The position numbers were made by a program, and so were the translations under genes. From an uncultured cyanobacterium (GTDB lineage Bacteria > Cyanobacteriota > Cyanobacteriia > Cyanobacteriales > Nostocaceae): a DNA stretch of 64,000 nt. Positions 13,487-25,825 of the stretch are shown here, one piece after another. The number at the start of each line of letters is the position of its first letter. Within the stretch, counting starts at the first letter, position 1. The notes under the pieces were generated by a model. The model made no database searches. It had not been told where the DNA came from and saw only the letters and a list, made by a program, of their open reading frames with translations. The stretch lies in assembly GCA_963706595.1 (NCBI GenBank), contig OY970166.1, positions 3,968,001 through 4,032,000 on the forward strand, read 5' to 3'.

Positions 13487-13531
13487 TTCTCCCAATCCGC
13501 TAAACTCAGAAATGCTGCGTTCTTCCTCATC

Positions 13532-14713
13532 ATGTCAGACTCCCAAACTGTTAGTGCTGCTGTTGCGAAACTCTACGACACTTATCCCTTCCCCCCAGAA
13601 CCTCTACTAGATGAAGCCCCTCCTGGGTACAATTGGCGCTGGAATTGGTTAGCCGCTTACAATTTCTGCACTGGACGCAAACCACCAAAGCAAGATATCC
13701 GCATTTTAGATGCTGGTTGTGGTTCCGGTGTGAGTACTGAATATTTGGTACATCTCAACCCCCAAGCCCAGGTGGTAGGTATTGATTTAAGTGCGGGAAC
13801 TTTGGAGGTAGCCAAAGAACGCTGTAAACGTTCTGGTGCTGATAGGGTGGAGTTTCATCACCTGAGTTTGTACGATGTGGAACAGCTACCAGGGGAGTTT
13901 GATTTAATTAACTGCGTGGGTGTGTTGCATCACTTACCTGACCCTATTCGTGGTATTCAAGCTTTAGCCAAGAAGTTAGCCCCTGGTGGACTAATGCACA
14001 TTTTTGTCTATGGCGAATTGGGACGCTGGGAAATTCAACTTATGCAAAAGGCGATCGCACTTCTCCAAGGTGACAAAAAAGGCGATTATCGTGATGGGGT
14101 ACAAGTCGGACGCAAATTATTCTCTTCTTTACCAGAAAAGAACAGAATTGTCAAGCGAGATCAGGAACTTTGGTCTTTAGAAAACCATAAGGATGAATGC
14201 TTTGCTGATATGTACGTTCATCCCCAGGAAATTGATTACAACATTGAGACGCTGTTTGAATTAATTGATGCTTCTGGCTTGGAGTTTATTAATTTTTCTA
14301 ATCCTGATTTTTGGCAGTTAGGAAGACTTTTGGCGAAAGCACCGGAGTTAATTGAACGGGCGCATGAATTGAGCGATCGCCAGCGTTACCGGCTGATAGA
14401 ATTACTAAACCCCGAAGTCACCCATTATGAGTTTTTCCTCGGTCGTCTTCCCCTAATTAAATCCAACTGGTCAGAGGATAAAGACCTATTGCCAGCCATT
14501 CCCGAACTGAATCCTTGTACTGATGGTTTTCCCAACCAATGTCTATTTAATTACAATTATCAAATTGTCAACTTATCAGAATTAGAGTTGCAATTTTTAC
14601 AAAAATGTGATGGAAATTTAACCGTAGCAGAAATTTTGGCAACCGTGCAAATCGACTTGAATCAAATCAGGTCACTCCTCGAACAGCAGATAATTTTATT
14701 GTCACCGAGTTAA
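13532..14713 (+). CDS. Class I SAM-dependent methyltransferase
   Basis: ILDAGCGSG motif I, GIDLS, FDLINCVGVLHH. Confidence 0.9.
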   Translation: MSDSQTVSAAVAKLYDTYPFPPEPLLDEAPPGYNWRWNWLAAYNFCTGRKPPKQDIRILDAGCGSGVSTEYLVHLNPQAQVVGIDLSAGTLEVAKERCKRSGADRVEFHHLSLYDVEQLPGEFDLINCVGVLHHLPDPIRGIQALAKKLAPGGLMHIFVYGELGRWEIQLMQKAIALLQGDKKGDYRDGVQVGRKLFSSLPEKNRIVKRDQELWSLENHKDECFADMYVHPQEIDYNIETLFELIDASGLEFINFSNPDFWQLGRLLAKAPELIERAHELSDRQRYRLIELLNPEVTHYEFFLGRLPLIKSNWSEDKDLLPAIPELNPCTDGFPNQCLFNYNYQIVNLSELELQFLQKCDGNLTVAEILATVQIDLNQIRSLLEQQIILLSPS

Positions 14714-15112
14714 TTGCAGTACCAAGACCAGAAAGCTGATTCTACAATTACCCAATCAGCTGAACATCCGATAATTTGCATACCATCATTTAATATAACC
14801 CTTGTGGGGTAGGCATCCGTCCCGCCCTGGATGTGCAAATTCAAAGCCGAATAGCCTAAAACAGGCAATAACGATAAAAAGGCGAAATTTGAAGAAAGTT
14901 GGAATTTGATTAGCCTGAATTTCGGCTTTTTATCCCCGTTCTGCCTCACTCCCTCGCCTACGATTTTCCGTTACAGGGCGGGCTTCTACCCTGAGTCTGA
15001 TCATGGCAAGAAGTTAATTGTTTTTTTCTAAAGTATTGTTACCTGATCGTGATATGATTCAGCTGACTGAATGTGCAGTCATTATAAGTTAGCTGTACTG
15101 GTTTCAAGTCTC

Positions 15113-15553
15113 GTGAGCTTGTCAGAAGATTCAATCGACCCCACTCCGACAACACAACAAGAAACTCAATCTGGTTTTGAAGACACAGAACCAGATAACG
15201 CCTCCATGCAGGAGTTCTATCAACTCTACCAGGAGTTGTTGATAATTACACTTGCCTTAACAGTGACTGTTTTTATCTCTGTGTGGATTGCTTACTCGCT
15301 GAACATTGCCCTAAATTATCTATTAGGGGCGTGTGCAGGTGTGCTTTACTTGAGGCTGTTGGCAAAAGATGTTGAGCGTTTAGGTAGAGAAAAACAGGCG
15401 CTGAGTAAAACCCGGTTAGCCTTATTAGTAGCTCTGATTTTCCTAGCATCGCGGTGGAATCAACTACAAATATTACCCATATTTTTGGGATTTCTCACAT
15501 ACAAAGCCACACTCATCTTCTACGTAATTAGGATGGCTTTTGTCTCTGACTAG
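15113..15553 (+). CDS. atpI: ATP synthase protein I (cyanobacterial atp1)
   Basis: Small membrane protein first in the atp operon ([12 protein letters not shown]...GFLTYK); start uncertain (GTG 15113 or later ATG). Confidence 0.88.
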   Translation: MSLSEDSIDPTPTTQQETQSGFEDTEPDNASMQEFYQLYQELLIITLALTVTVFISVWIAYSLNIALNYLLGACAGVLYLRLLAKDVERLGREKQALSKTRLALLVALIFLASRWNQLQILPIFLGFLTYKATLIFYVIRMAFVSD

Positions 15554-15670
15554 CCAAAGCGCGGACAACCTGAAAAAGCTAAACTAAGCCTTGCGTGAGG
15601 AATATCCACACTGCAACGAAAGCTCCTCTTCTCCAGGTAATATTGGAGAAACGATTGATATGGAAAGAAA

Positions 15671-16417
15671 ATGCTGAATTTTCTGAACTTCTACTCTCTT
15701 CCACTTGCCGAATTGGAAGTGGGTAAACATCTGTACTGGCAAATAGGCAACTTGAAGCTACACGGTCAGGTGTTTCTCACATCCTGGTTTGTTATTGGTG
15801 TGCTAGTGCTAGTTTCCTTAGCCGCAAGCAGTAACATCAAAAGAATTCCCAGTGGGTTGCAGAACCTCATGGAATACGCCCTGGAATTCATTCGGGATTT
15901 GGCTAAAAACCAAATTGGCGAAAAAGAATATCGCCCTTGGGTGCCTTTTGTTGGCACTTTGTTTTTGTTCATTTTTGTGTCAAATTGGTCAGGGGCGCTG
16001 GTTCCTTTCAAGCTGATACATTTACCAGAAGGTGAACTAACAGCACCTACAAGCGACATCAATACAACAGTTGCCTTAGCGTTGCTGACATCGCTGGCGT
16101 ATTTTTACGCTGGATTCAGCAAAAAGGGTTTAGGGTATTTTGGCAACTACGTCCAACCAGTGTCGTTTATGTTGCCCTTCAAGATTATTGAAGACTTCAC
16201 CAAGCCTCTTTCCCTCAGCTTCCGTTTATTCGGCAACATTTTGGCTGACGAACTTGTAGTAGGTGTACTTGTATTGCTAGTACCCTTGTTTGTACCTCTG
16301 CCAGTCATGGCTTTGGGACTATTTACCAGCGCCATCCAAGCACTAATTTTTGCGACTTTAGCCGCCGCTTACATCGGTGAAGCGATGGAAGATCATGGCG
16401 AAGAGCATCATGAATGA
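15671..16417 (+). CDS. atpB: F0F1 ATP synthase subunit a (cyanobacterial atpI)
   Basis: [29 protein letters not shown]. Confidence 0.98.
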   Translation: MLNFLNFYSLPLAELEVGKHLYWQIGNLKLHGQVFLTSWFVIGVLVLVSLAASSNIKRIPSGLQNLMEYALEFIRDLAKNQIGEKEYRPWVPFVGTLFLFIFVSNWSGALVPFKLIHLPEGELTAPTSDINTTVALALLTSLAYFYAGFSKKGLGYFGNYVQPVSFMLPFKIIEDFTKPLSLSFRLFGNILADELVVGVLVLLVPLFVPLPVMALGLFTSAIQALIFATLAAAYIGEAMEDHGEEHHE

Positions 16418-16529
16418 GGGGCATTCAATACCCTCAAAAGTCATGAGTCATTGGTTATTTAACAATGATCAAGGGCAAATGGCAACTGACACACAACAAC
16501 GTCTAAATCAACTCAACTCAGTAAATTAA

Positions 16530-16787
<258 letters not shown>

Positions 16788-16789
16788 TC

Positions 16790-16886
16790 GGTACTGAGTA
16801 CTGAGTACAAAAAGTTAGGAGTTAGGAGTTAAGAGTTAGAAAATTAACTCATAACTCATAACTCACCGACTCAGGACTCAGGACTA
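16790..16886. repeat. Mixed heptameric STRR tracts
   Basis: (GTACTGA)n, (GAGTTAG)n, (AACTCAT)n and (GACTCAG)n tracts, partly mutually complementary. Confidence 0.75.
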
Positions 16887-16911
16887 ATATATTAGATAGA
16901 AATTAGCAACC

Positions 16912-17403
16912 ATGACACACTGGATCACCTTATTAGCAGTAGAAGAGGTTGCCAAGGAAGGGGGGCTGTTCGATCTAGATGCTACCCTGCCCTTAATGGC
17001 AATTCAGTTTCTAGTTTTAGCTTTAGTGTTGAACGCAACACTATACAAGCCACTGGGCAATGCGATTGATGGCCGGAATGATTACATCCGTAGTAATCAA
17101 TTAGAAGCACAGGAACGCTTGTCAAAAACCGAAAAATTGGCAGAGGAATATGAGCAATCTCTAGCAGGTGCTAGACGACAAGCTCAAACAATCATTGCTG
17201 ATGCTCAAGCCGAAGCTCAAAAAATTGCGGCTGAGAAAATAGCAGCAGTGCAGAAACAAGCCCAGGTAGAAAAAGAAAAGGCTGCTAGTGAAATTGAGCA
17301 GCAGAAACAAGCCGCTTTTGCTTCATTGGAGCAACAAGTAGATTCACTCAGTCGCCAAATACTAGAAAAGCTTTTAGGAGCAGATATAGTAAGTCGGCGC
17401 TAA
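16912..17403 (+). CDS. atpF2: F0F1 ATP synthase subunit b' (cyanobacterial atpG)
   Basis: [17 protein letters not shown] followed by coiled coil. Confidence 0.95.
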   Translation: MTHWITLLAVEEVAKEGGLFDLDATLPLMAIQFLVLALVLNATLYKPLGNAIDGRNDYIRSNQLEAQERLSKTEKLAEEYEQSLAGARRQAQTIIADAQAEAQKIAAEKIAAVQKQAQVEKEKAASEIEQQKQAAFASLEQQVDSLSRQILEKLLGADIVSRR

Positions 17404-17517
17404 TGAAAATTTAGCTTGGAATCATTAAGCGACATTGTAAAGACGCACTCGCCAAGTAACATTTGTTGGCGGCGTGGGTCACGTTAAGCCTTGGCAGCGA
17501 GTTGTGGACGAAAAATC

Positions 17518-18081
17518 ATGGGGACTTTTTTACTGTTGATGGCGGAAGCCAGCGCCGTCGGAGGTGACTTGGCAGAAGAAGCGGGACATGGTGGTTTTAG
17601 TCTAAATACAGATATATTTGACACCAACCTGATTAACCTGGCCATTATTATTACTGTGCTGTTAGTTTTCGGGCGGAAGGTTTTGGGTAAAACCCTGAAA
17701 GGCCGCCGGGATACAATTGAAACAGCAATTAAGAATGCAGAGCAACGTGCTTCTCAAGCTGCACAGCAACTCAAAGAAGCACAGCAGAAGTTAGAGCAAG
17801 CTCAAGCAGAAGCCGAAAGAATCAAACAAGCAGCGCAAGAAAACGCCCAAGCTGCAAGTGAAGCTATCTTGGCGCAGGCTGCTGTAGATATTGAACGCTT
17901 GCAAGCAGCAGGTGCAGCTGACTTAAATGCAGACCTAAATAAAGCGATCGCGCAGTTACAGCAACGAGTAGTTGCTCAAGCCTTGCAAAAGGTCGAATCT
18001 GAACTACAAAGCGGCATAGCCGACGATGCTCAACAAATTTTGATTGAACGTAGCATCGCACAACTGGGAGGCGAGGTATGA
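17518..18081 (+). CDS. atpF: F0F1 ATP synthase subunit b
   Basis: [21 protein letters not shown] at 17518 preferred over upstream TTG. Confidence 0.95.
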   Translation: MGTFLLLMAEASAVGGDLAEEAGHGGFSLNTDIFDTNLINLAIIITVLLVFGRKVLGKTLKGRRDTIETAIKNAEQRASQAAQQLKEAQQKLEQAQAEAERIKQAAQENAQAASEAILAQAAVDIERLQAAGAADLNADLNKAIAQLQQRVVAQALQKVESELQSGIADDAQQILIERSIAQLGGEV

Positions 18082-18635
18082 CAAGTAAAATAGCCACAGA
18101 TGAAATAGCCGCCCCTTATTCACAGGCTCTGTTGTCACTCGCGCAATCAAAAAACTTGACCGAAGAGTTTGGCGAAGATGCCCGGAGTTTGTTAGGACTG
18201 CTTTCAGAAAACCAGGATCTACAGAACTTTATTGGCAACCCCTTTATTAAGGATGAGAACAAAAAGGCTCTGATTAGACAAATACTGGGTGAAAGTGGTA
18301 ACGCCTACTTACGCAATTTTTTGTTGTTACTGGTAGATAAACGACGGATCGTTTTTCTAGAAGCAGTTTTACAGCAATATTTGGCTTTATTGCGGCAGCT
18401 AAATCAAACCGTATTAGCGGAAGTAATTTCAGCAATTCCTCTGAGTGAGCTTCAACAGCAAGCAGTAGTGGAAAAAGTTCTGGCCATCACTAATGCTCGC
18501 CAGGTAGAAGTGCAATCTAAAATAGATAGCGAGTTAATTGGTGGTGTGATTATTAAAGTCGGCTCCCAAGTAATTGATGCTAGTTTACGTGGTCAGTTGC
18601 GCCGCCTTTCCTTGCGCTTAACCAGTAATTCGTAA
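18078..18635 (+). CDS. atpH: F0F1 ATP synthase subunit delta (cyanobacterial atpD)
   Basis: [34 protein letters not shown]. Confidence 0.97.
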   Translation: MTSKIATDEIAAPYSQALLSLAQSKNLTEEFGEDARSLLGLLSENQDLQNFIGNPFIKDENKKALIRQILGESGNAYLRNFLLLLVDKRRIVFLEAVLQQYLALLRQLNQTVLAEVISAIPLSELQQQAVVEKVLAITNARQVEVQSKIDSELIGGVIIKVGSQVIDASLRGQLRRLSLRLTSNS

Positions 18636-18730
18636 TTTGCAATTCTCCTGAAGTTTCCTTGCTGTGCTGATAGTCTGGCAAGGTAACTGGGCAGGGGATG
18701 AAATAATTGGAGAATCACCGGAAAATTATT

Positions 18731-18797
18731 TCCCCACTCCCCATTGCCCCTTATCCCCAGAGGGGACCCTGAGTTCCCCACTCCCTACTCCCTACTC
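18731..18797. repeat. STRR (CCC(C/T)ACT) tract interrupted by a short dispersed repeat
   Basis: TCCCCACTCCC-ATTGCCCCTTATCCCCAGAGGGGACCCTGAGTT-CCCCACTCCCTACTCCCTACTC. Confidence 0.6.
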
Positions 18798-18821
18798 TGA
18801 AAAGCAAAAAACATAGACACA

Positions 18822-20342
18822 ATGAGTATTTCAATTAGACCTGACGAAATCAGCAGCATTATTCAGCAACAAATCGAGCAATACGACCAAGAAGTTAAAG
18901 TTGCTAACGTTGGTACAGTTCTCCAAGTGGGTGATGGTATCGCCCGCATCTATGGTCTGGAAAAGGCTATGGCTGGGGAACTATTAGAATTTGAAGATGG
19001 CACAATTGGCATCGCCCAGAACTTAGAAGAAGACAACGTGGGCGCTGTGCTTATGGGTCAAGGTCTGGAAATTCAAGAAGGTAGCTCCGTTACTGCTACT
19101 GGTAGAATTGCCCAGGTTCCCGTAGGTGAAGCTATGGTTGGACGGGTAGTAGATGCCTTGGGTCGTGCGATCGATGGTAAAGGAGATATTAACACGACAG
19201 AAAGTCGTTTGATTGAATCTGCTGCACCTGGTATCATCGCTCGTCGATCTGTACACGAACCCATGCAAACTGGGATTACAGCTATTGACTCGATGATTCC
19301 TGTCGGTCGTGGTCAACGGGAATTAATCATTGGAGACCGTCAAACAGGTAAAACTGCGATCGCCATTGACACAATCATCAACCAAAAAGGTGAAGATGTA
19401 ATTTGTGTCTACGTTGCCATTGGTCAAAAAGCATCCACAGTTGCTAACGTGGTGCAAACCCTCCAAGAAAAAGGCGCAATGGACTACACCGTAGTCGTCG
19501 CCGCTAGTGCCAGTGAACCAGCTACATTACAATATCTAGCTCCTTACACCGGAGCCACCATTGCTGAGTACTTTATGTACAAAGGCAAAGCCACCTTGGT
19601 GGTTTATGATGACCTTTCCAAGCAAGCCCAAGCTTATCGCCAAATGTCCTTGCTGCTACGTCGTCCACCAGGACGGGAAGCATATCCTGGAGATGTATTC
19701 TACATTCACTCCCGCTTATTGGAACGCGCTGCTAAGTTAAGTGACGAATTGGGTAAAGGTAGCATGACTGCCCTACCAATCATCGAAACCCAAGCTGGTG
19801 ACGTTTCGGCATACATCCCCACCAACGTAATTTCGATTACCGACGGTCAAATCTTCCTTTCTTCTGACCTGTTCAACGCTGGTATTCGTCCCGCAGTAAA
19901 CCCCGGTATTTCGGTATCACGTGTGGGTTCGGCGGCGCAAACCAAGGCGATGAAAAAAGTTGCCGGTAAGATTAAATTGGAACTAGCACAATTTGATGAC
20001 CTGCAAGCTTTCGCCCAATTTGCGTCTGACTTAGACAAAACCACTCAAGACCAATTGGCACGGGGTCAACGGTTACGGGAACTACTCAAGCAGCCACAAA
20101 ATGCTCCTCTGGCAGTATATGAGCAAGTAGCAATTTTGTATGCGGGGATTAACGGTTACTTAGATGATGTTCCTGTAGAAAAAGTAACTACCTTCACCAA
20201 AGGTCTGCGGGAATTCTTAAAAACCGGCAAACCTGAGTACACCGACTCCGTGAAAACCAAAAAGGTACTCGGTGACGAAGAAGAAAAAGCTTTGAAGGAA
20301 GCGCTAACTGAATTTAAACAGACCTTCAAAGCAACAGCGTAA
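18822..20342 (+). CDS. atpA: F0F1 ATP synthase subunit alpha
   Basis: GDRQTGKT Walker [14 protein letters not shown]. Confidence 0.99.
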   Translation: MSISIRPDEISSIIQQQIEQYDQEVKVANVGTVLQVGDGIARIYGLEKAMAGELLEFEDGTIGIAQNLEEDNVGAVLMGQGLEIQEGSSVTATGRIAQVPVGEAMVGRVVDALGRAIDGKGDINTTESRLIESAAPGIIARRSVHEPMQTGITAIDSMIPVGRGQRELIIGDRQTGKTAIAIDTIINQKGEDVICVYVAIGQKASTVANVVQTLQEKGAMDYTVVVAASASEPATLQYLAPYTGATIAEYFMYKGKATLVVYDDLSKQAQAYRQMSLLLRRPPGREAYPGDVFYIHSRLLERAAKLSDELGKGSMTALPIIETQAGDVSAYIPTNVISITDGQIFLSSDLFNAGIRPAVNPGISVSRVGSAAQTKAMKKVAGKIKLELAQFDDLQAFAQFASDLDKTTQDQLARGQRLRELLKQPQNAPLAVYEQVAILYAGINGYLDDVPVEKVTTFTKGLREFLKTGKPEYTDSVKTKKVLGDEEEKALKEALTEFKQTFKATA

Positions 20343-20397
20343 TTAGTCATTACCCTTCGACTACGCTCAGGGTTAAGTCATTAGTCATTAGTCATTG
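20343..20397. repeat. (TAGTCAT)n STRR with a 24-nt short dispersed element at 20353-20376
   Basis: CCCTTCGACTACGCTCAGGGTTAA splits the heptamer run; 20/24 identical (reverse complement) to 63492-63515. Confidence 0.75.
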
Positions 20398-20463
20398 GGA
20401 AACGCTTAATGGCTATTGACTGTTGACAGTTGACAATTGACTCAGGACTCAGAAGTTAAGAAT

Positions 20464-21411
20464 ATGGCTAATCTCAAATCAATACGCGATCGCATTCAGT
20501 CGGTCAAAAACACCAAGAAAATTACAGAAGCCATGCGGCTGGTAGCGGCGGCTAGAGTACGTCGCGCCCAAGAACAGGTAACTGCTACCCGTCCTTTTGC
20601 TGACCGCTTGGCACAAGTATTGTATGGTTTGCAGACTCGTCTCCGGTTTGAAGATGTAGACCTCCCACTACTGAAAAAGCGGGAAGTGAAAACAGTTGGG
20701 CTGTTGGTAATTTCCGGCGACCGGGGTTTGTGTGGCGGTTACAACAGTAATGTTATCCGTCGGGCAGAAAATCGCGCCAAAGAACTGCAAGCAGAAGGCG
20801 TAAATTACAAATTCGTGCTGGTAGGACGCAAAGCCATCCAGTATTTCCAACGTCGGGAACAACCCATTGACGGTACTTACACTGGTTTGGAACAAATTCC
20901 TACCGCCACCGAAGCTACGGAAGTTGCAGATCAACTACTTTCTTTGTTCCTCTCAGAAAGTGTGGATCGAATTGAGCTAATTTATACCAAATTCGTCTCA
21001 TTGGTTAGCTCCCGCCCAGTGGTGCAAACTTTGCTGCCTTTAGATCCTCAAGGTCTAGAAGCCGCAGATGACGAAATTTTCCGCCTGACAACCCGTGGCG
21101 GTCAATTTGAAGTAGAACGGCAAAAAGTGACTAACCAAGCTCGCCCTCTGCCTCGTGACATGATCTTTGAGCAAGATCCTGTGCAAATTCTAGATTCTTT
21201 ACTACCCCTGTATCTGAGTAATCAGCTATTGCGGGCGTTACAAGAATCAGCAGCCAGTGAACTAGCCGCCCGGATGACAGCGATGAACAACGCCAGCGAC
21301 AACGCCGGTGATTTGATTAAGAGTCTTTCGTTGTCTTACAACAAAGCTAGACAAGCCGCTATTACCCAAGAACTTTTAGAAGTTGTGGGTGGTGCTGAAG
21401 CACTAACTTAA
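20464..21411 (+). CDS. atpG: F0F1 ATP synthase subunit gamma (cyanobacterial atpC)
   Basis: [50 protein letters not shown]. Confidence 0.98.
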   Translation: MANLKSIRDRIQSVKNTKKITEAMRLVAAARVRRAQEQVTATRPFADRLAQVLYGLQTRLRFEDVDLPLLKKREVKTVGLLVISGDRGLCGGYNSNVIRRAENRAKELQAEGVNYKFVLVGRKAIQYFQRREQPIDGTYTGLEQIPTATEATEVADQLLSLFLSESVDRIELIYTKFVSLVSSRPVVQTLLPLDPQGLEAADDEIFRLTTRGGQFEVERQKVTNQARPLPRDMIFEQDPVQILDSLLPLYLSNQLLRALQESAASELAARMTAMNNASDNAGDLIKSLSLSYNKARQAAITQELLEVVGGAEALT

Positions 21412-21915
21412 GGAATTGCTCATTGTTTAGTAGTGATAAATAGCTAATTGCTAGTTGTTGGGAAATTAGCAATTGGCTATTTTTAGTATTTGGGACTGTT
21501 TAGCTGCAATTTTCCCGAAAATTAATTGGGCTTAATATATCTTAAGTATGATATGGTCGTAGGTTATAGGTATAAGTCTAAATCCTGTTTGAAGAACGCC
21601 CGACGTGGCTCTATAGTTTCTCCAAACTCGCACTACCTGAAAGATTTGCTTGAGTTATACTTTGGTGACAAATTGAGAGTTGGTTACTCTGGTAATAGAT
21701 AGTCAAATCAGAATAGAAGCTATGATGAGGCTGTAGAGTTGATTAAGGAGTAATTTATTGGCTTAGGTAAATTAATTATTAACATCTGCTGGTATCTGCC
21801 AGCTATAATCATGATCCAAAATTGGATATGTCGAGTTAGAGAAACACCAGCGGTCTGAATTGCCGCTCCCAATGCTGCCCTTGAAAATTGCCAATCGCTG
21901 ATCACTGCGAACACT

Positions 21916-24156
21916 ATGGAAAATGATGCGGCAACGCTCTACTGCCCAAATGAAGCTTGTCTGGCTGCTAACCCCTTAACTCACAAGTTTTGCCAGCGAT
22001 GCTCTACACCCCTACCCAAACGTTACCTCTGGGCTGTAGGGGATGGCTTGAGTGTGGGTAGCCCTGGAGATGTATTAGCTGATCGCTATTTGGTAATTAG
22101 TAAATCTGTGGTTTTAGATCAGAAGCCGGGATTACTACCCCAATCACCTGAATTAGATAATTCACAGGGTATCAAAGCTTATCTGAGATTAATACCTTAT
22201 AGCTTAAACGTACCACAGGTATATGGCATCCTGCCTCTATCTGAGGGACAGTCTCACAAAGAAATATTACTTTTAGAACAGCCGCCTTTATCCGCAGATA
22301 TTTCAGGACTACAAGTGCAGCTATGTAGCCAGTTAAATATTGCTTGGCGTGATGCTACATCAATGCGTCAACTTAATTGGCTATGGCAGATAGCTAATTT
22401 GTGGCAACCTTTGAAGAGTGAAGGGGTGGCTACTAGCTTAATCGATCCTCATGTACTCCGGGTGGAAGGATCATTAGTTCGCTTGTTAGAATTGCGTTTT
22501 GACGCGGCAACAGCCCCAGAATTGCCTCAATTAGGTGCATTTTGGCAAAAATTACAGCCAGAGTCCAAACCAGTTATAGCTGAATTTGTGCAGCAAATTA
22601 GTAACTTTCTGATTCAGGGACAGATTAGTTCACCGGAAATACTAATTGCAGTTTTAGATCAAGGTCTGGCAGAATTAGGACGCTCACAAACTCCCACGAT
22701 TAAAATTGTCACTAAAACAGACACTGGTCCGAGTCGTCAACGCAACGAAGATGCCTGCTACCCTGCCAGTGGAACAGTTTTGAGCAAACCACCACAGGCA
22801 GTCGGCTCCTTAGCCATTGTCTGTGACGGCATTGGCGGACACCAAGGCGGCAATGTGGCATCTAATTTGGCGATTGAAACAATTCATCAGCAGATACAGC
22901 AACTGACAAAGGTTCCTTATGATCACATTGAACCTTTATTACTGCTGGCTGATTTAGATAATGCCGCCGCAATTGCCAATGACAGAATTAGCCAACGCAA
23001 TGACAGCGAAAATCGCCAAGCGCGTCAACGTATGGGTACAACCTTAGTGATGGCGTTGCCTATTGCCCACGAAATGTACATTACTCACGTTGGAGATAGT
23101 CGTGCCTACTGGATTACCCGCCACGGTTGTTATCAAGTTACCCTTGATGATGATGTGGCTTCTCGTGAGGTACGACTCGGCTATGCTATCTATCGTGAAG
23201 CTGTGCAACAAGGTGGTGCTGGTTCTTTGGTGCAAGCTTTAGGAATGAGTTCTAGTAATTCATTACATCCTACTTCCCAGAGGTTTATCCTTGATGAAGA
23301 TGCGATCTTTTTGCTGACTTCAGATGGATTGAGTGATTTTGACCGTGTGGAAGATTACTGGGAAACAGAAATTTTACCAATTCTTCATGGTGAAGATGAT
23401 ATTGTCCAGGTCGCTGACAAATTGGTGGAACTTGCTAACACCAAAAATGGACATGATAATGTGACTTTGGCATTACTACACTATAAAGTCAAATATTGCG
23501 AACCAGAATTATCTCTCAAAGCAGTTATTCCAGATATTTCCTCGCTGCCATCTACAAATGCTGTAACTCAAGGGTTACAACCCACATTACTAGAAGATAG
23601 CCCTAACAAAAAAACGAAAATTATTCCCGAAAATCAGCCTACTGCAATTGCGAGACTGCCCTTAAATTTAATAGTTCCCTTGGTGCTGGTTGTCTTAGCT
23701 GGTTCACTAGGATACTTGATCATGCAAATGCGATCGCCTAGCCTCTCCGACGGAGAATCGCCGGCAAATACCATTCCGACTACAACAATACCGCCAATTC
23801 TGAGTAATCCAGTCAATGAAAGGTTGGAGAATCTCAAGCCAGGAGCGGTGATTAGAAGCAACAGTAACGTTACCTTGAACAAGATAACTTTTCCCCCCGA
23901 TAGTTATTGGCAAGTTATCGATATCCAACCCAATCCCCAACCAGGTACAGGAGATTTATTAGTAAATTTACGGCTTTGCTCCACAACTACTGCACCTTTA
24001 CCGTTAGCAGATACACAAGAATCAATAAAATTGTCTCAACTGCAAAGTTTTGCAGTCTCTGTCTTGCCATCAAACCAAGAGAATCCTTGTGATTCGGTTT
24101 CAGGCCAAACATCATCACCAAATGATCCGACTTCAAATCGGTCAAATTCTCGATAA
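21916..24156 (+). CDS. prpJ: Membrane-anchored PP2C Ser/Thr phosphatase with N-terminal zinc ribbon and degenerate kinase-like region (PrpJ-like)
   Basis: CPN..C...N.....FC..C; PP2C motifs R..NED, CDGIGGH, MGTT, HVGDSRAY, SDGL, GHDN; TM helix LIVPLVLVVLAGSLGYLIM. Symbol from recalled size and architecture of Anabaena PrpJ. Confidence 0.8.
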   Translation: MENDAATLYCPNEACLAANPLTHKFCQRCSTPLPKRYLWAVGDGLSVGSPGDVLADRYLVISKSVVLDQKPGLLPQSPELDNSQGIKAYLRLIPYSLNVPQVYGILPLSEGQSHKEILLLEQPPLSADISGLQVQLCSQLNIAWRDATSMRQLNWLWQIANLWQPLKSEGVATSLIDPHVLRVEGSLVRLLELRFDAATAPELPQLGAFWQKLQPESKPVIAEFVQQISNFLIQGQISSPEILIAVLDQGLAELGRSQTPTIKIVTKTDTGPSRQRNEDACYPASGTVLSKPPQAVGSLAIVCDGIGGHQGGNVASNLAIETIHQQIQQLTKVPYDHIEPLLLLADLDNAAAIANDRISQRNDSENRQARQRMGTTLVMALPIAHEMYITHVGDSRAYWITRHGCYQVTLDDDVASREVRLGYAIYREAVQQGGAGSLVQALGMSSSNSLHPTSQRFILDEDAIFLLTSDGLSDFDRVEDYWETEILPILHGEDDIVQVADKLVELANTKNGHDNVTLALLHYKVKYCEPELSLKAVIPDISSLPSTNAVTQGLQPTLLEDSPNKKTKIIPENQPTAIARLPLNLIVPLVLVVLAGSLGYLIMQMRSPSLSDGESPANTIPTTTIPPILSNPVNERLENLKPGAVIRSNSNVTLNKITFPPDSYWQVIDIQPNPQPGTGDLLVNLRLCSTTTAPLPLADTQESIKLSQLQSFAVSVLPSNQENPCDSVSGQTSSPNDPTSNRSNSR

Positions 24157-24259
24157 ACGGGTAAAAACCTGGAATAATACAGGTAATAACTACACAAAAA
24201 ACACCAGAAAAAATTGTTATTGAAAATTATTGGTTCTCACATTTTAGTAGATTGAATCC

Positions 24260-25825
24260 ATGCCATCCCTGAACTTGGCGATCGCCCGTCTCACCAACAC
24301 TGGCACAGATAACTTCGCTATTTGGGTGGTCAAGGCTCCCTATCCCAGTGGTTATGTTTTACATGACTGCGTCTGGCCAGTTGAACTGACTCAAGTTTGG
24401 CAAGAATGGCAGCAGATGTTTGCTGGGCATAGTGGTTTATATATTTTTCCAGATTTAAAGCCGCAGTCAGTTCCACCACTTGCCATCAATTTAGTTTCAC
24501 CTCCTTCCGGACAGAAGGCTGTTTATAGTAGTCGTCTGATGCAACACTTGGGCATTAAGCTCTGGGAGTGGATATTTGACAGTCCGATTCTTGGTAGTCT
24601 CGAACGCAGTCGGGGCATAGCTATGGGGCGTTATACTCGTTTGCGGTTTCGATTAGAAATTCGTGACCCGGATCTGATTGCTTTGCCTTGGGAAATTATG
24701 CAGAGCCAACCAGGGCAATCAGCAATGTCTCTCTCGCCAGATTTGCTATTTAGTCGCACTACTAGTCAAGTTGAACCCCTACCGTATTTGCGAACCGATC
24801 AGGCTTTAAATATTTTGTTGGTTTTAGGACACGATGACAACTTGCAATTGGCACAAGAAGCCATGATCTTAGAAAAAATTCTGGCAAGTAGCAATTCTCA
24901 GGGTTATGCCCCCTGCACAGTCAAGACACTTCTGCAACCTACACCACAAGAATTAATTCAAGAGTTAGAAACCGCAGCGTATAACATTTTCTTTTACGCT
25001 GGTCATGGACTACCGGGACCAGATGGCGGATTATTCTTTTTGCGTCCGGGTATGACCCTGAATGGGATTGAATTAGCACAAGTATTAACCCGGAGTGGTT
25101 TGAAATTGGCGGTGTTTAATGCTTGTTGGGGCGCACAACCAGCCGCGATCAATCACCAAGCTATCCCTGCCAGCAGTATGGCAGAAGTGTTAATCCGTCA
25201 TGGTGTTCCTGCGGTTTTGGGGATGCGTGATCAAATTGCTGACCACGAAAGCCATAGTTTTATTCAAGCTTTTACTGAGGCTTTGCGATCGCGTAAGTCA
25301 ATTGATGAGGCGGTTGCTGAAGCTAGGCAAGAACTGTTAACACTATATAAGTTCAATCAACTTGCTTGGACTTTGCCTGTGCTTTATCTGCATCCTGATT
25401 TTGATGGTGAACTGATTAAAATTTCTGATGAAGGCATTACCGAATTACCAGATAGTGTCATCCCCAATATCAATTCCCCGATTCCCATCGCTGTTTTGCG
25501 ATCGCTTTCATCGGGAGGGCAAACTTGGGTACTACGATCTGGAGTCACCCGCATCGGTCGTACGAAAGATAATGATATTGTCATCCCAGAACCATCGGTC
25601 TCTAAGCGCCACGCCGAAATTTTATGCCGTAATACTCTGACTGGGACTACGACAGTGAGAACTTATTATTTGCAAGATTTTTCTACCTACGGCACAACTT
25701 GGTGTTTAGTCGCTAACGGTTGGCAACAAATCCTCCGTGAGGAAGTTCCTCTAAAATCGGGAATGCAGTTACAGTTTGGCAGTTCGAGAGGTGAAATTTT
25801 GCAGTTTGTGATTGAAGATTCCTAG
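24260..25825 (+). CDS. CHAT (caspase/HetF-like) protease fused to a C-terminal FHA domain
   Basis: LPWE motif, catalytic YAGHG and FNACWG, 'GVPAVLGM', 'W.LPVLY'; FHA motifs IGR...NDIV and VSKRHA. Confidence 0.88.
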   Translation: MPSLNLAIARLTNTGTDNFAIWVVKAPYPSGYVLHDCVWPVELTQVWQEWQQMFAGHSGLYIFPDLKPQSVPPLAINLVSPPSGQKAVYSSRLMQHLGIKLWEWIFDSPILGSLERSRGIAMGRYTRLRFRLEIRDPDLIALPWEIMQSQPGQSAMSLSPDLLFSRTTSQVEPLPYLRTDQALNILLVLGHDDNLQLAQEAMILEKILASSNSQGYAPCTVKTLLQPTPQELIQELETAAYNIFFYAGHGLPGPDGGLFFLRPGMTLNGIELAQVLTRSGLKLAVFNACWGAQPAAINHQAIPASSMAEVLIRHGVPAVLGMRDQIADHESHSFIQAFTEALRSRKSIDEAVAEARQELLTLYKFNQLAWTLPVLYLHPDFDGELIKISDEGITELPDSVIPNINSPIPIAVLRSLSSGGQTWVLRSGVTRIGRTKDNDIVIPEPSVSKRHAEILCRNTLTGTTTVRTYYLQDFSTYGTTWCLVANGWQQILREEVPLKSGMQLQFGSSRGEILQFVIEDS

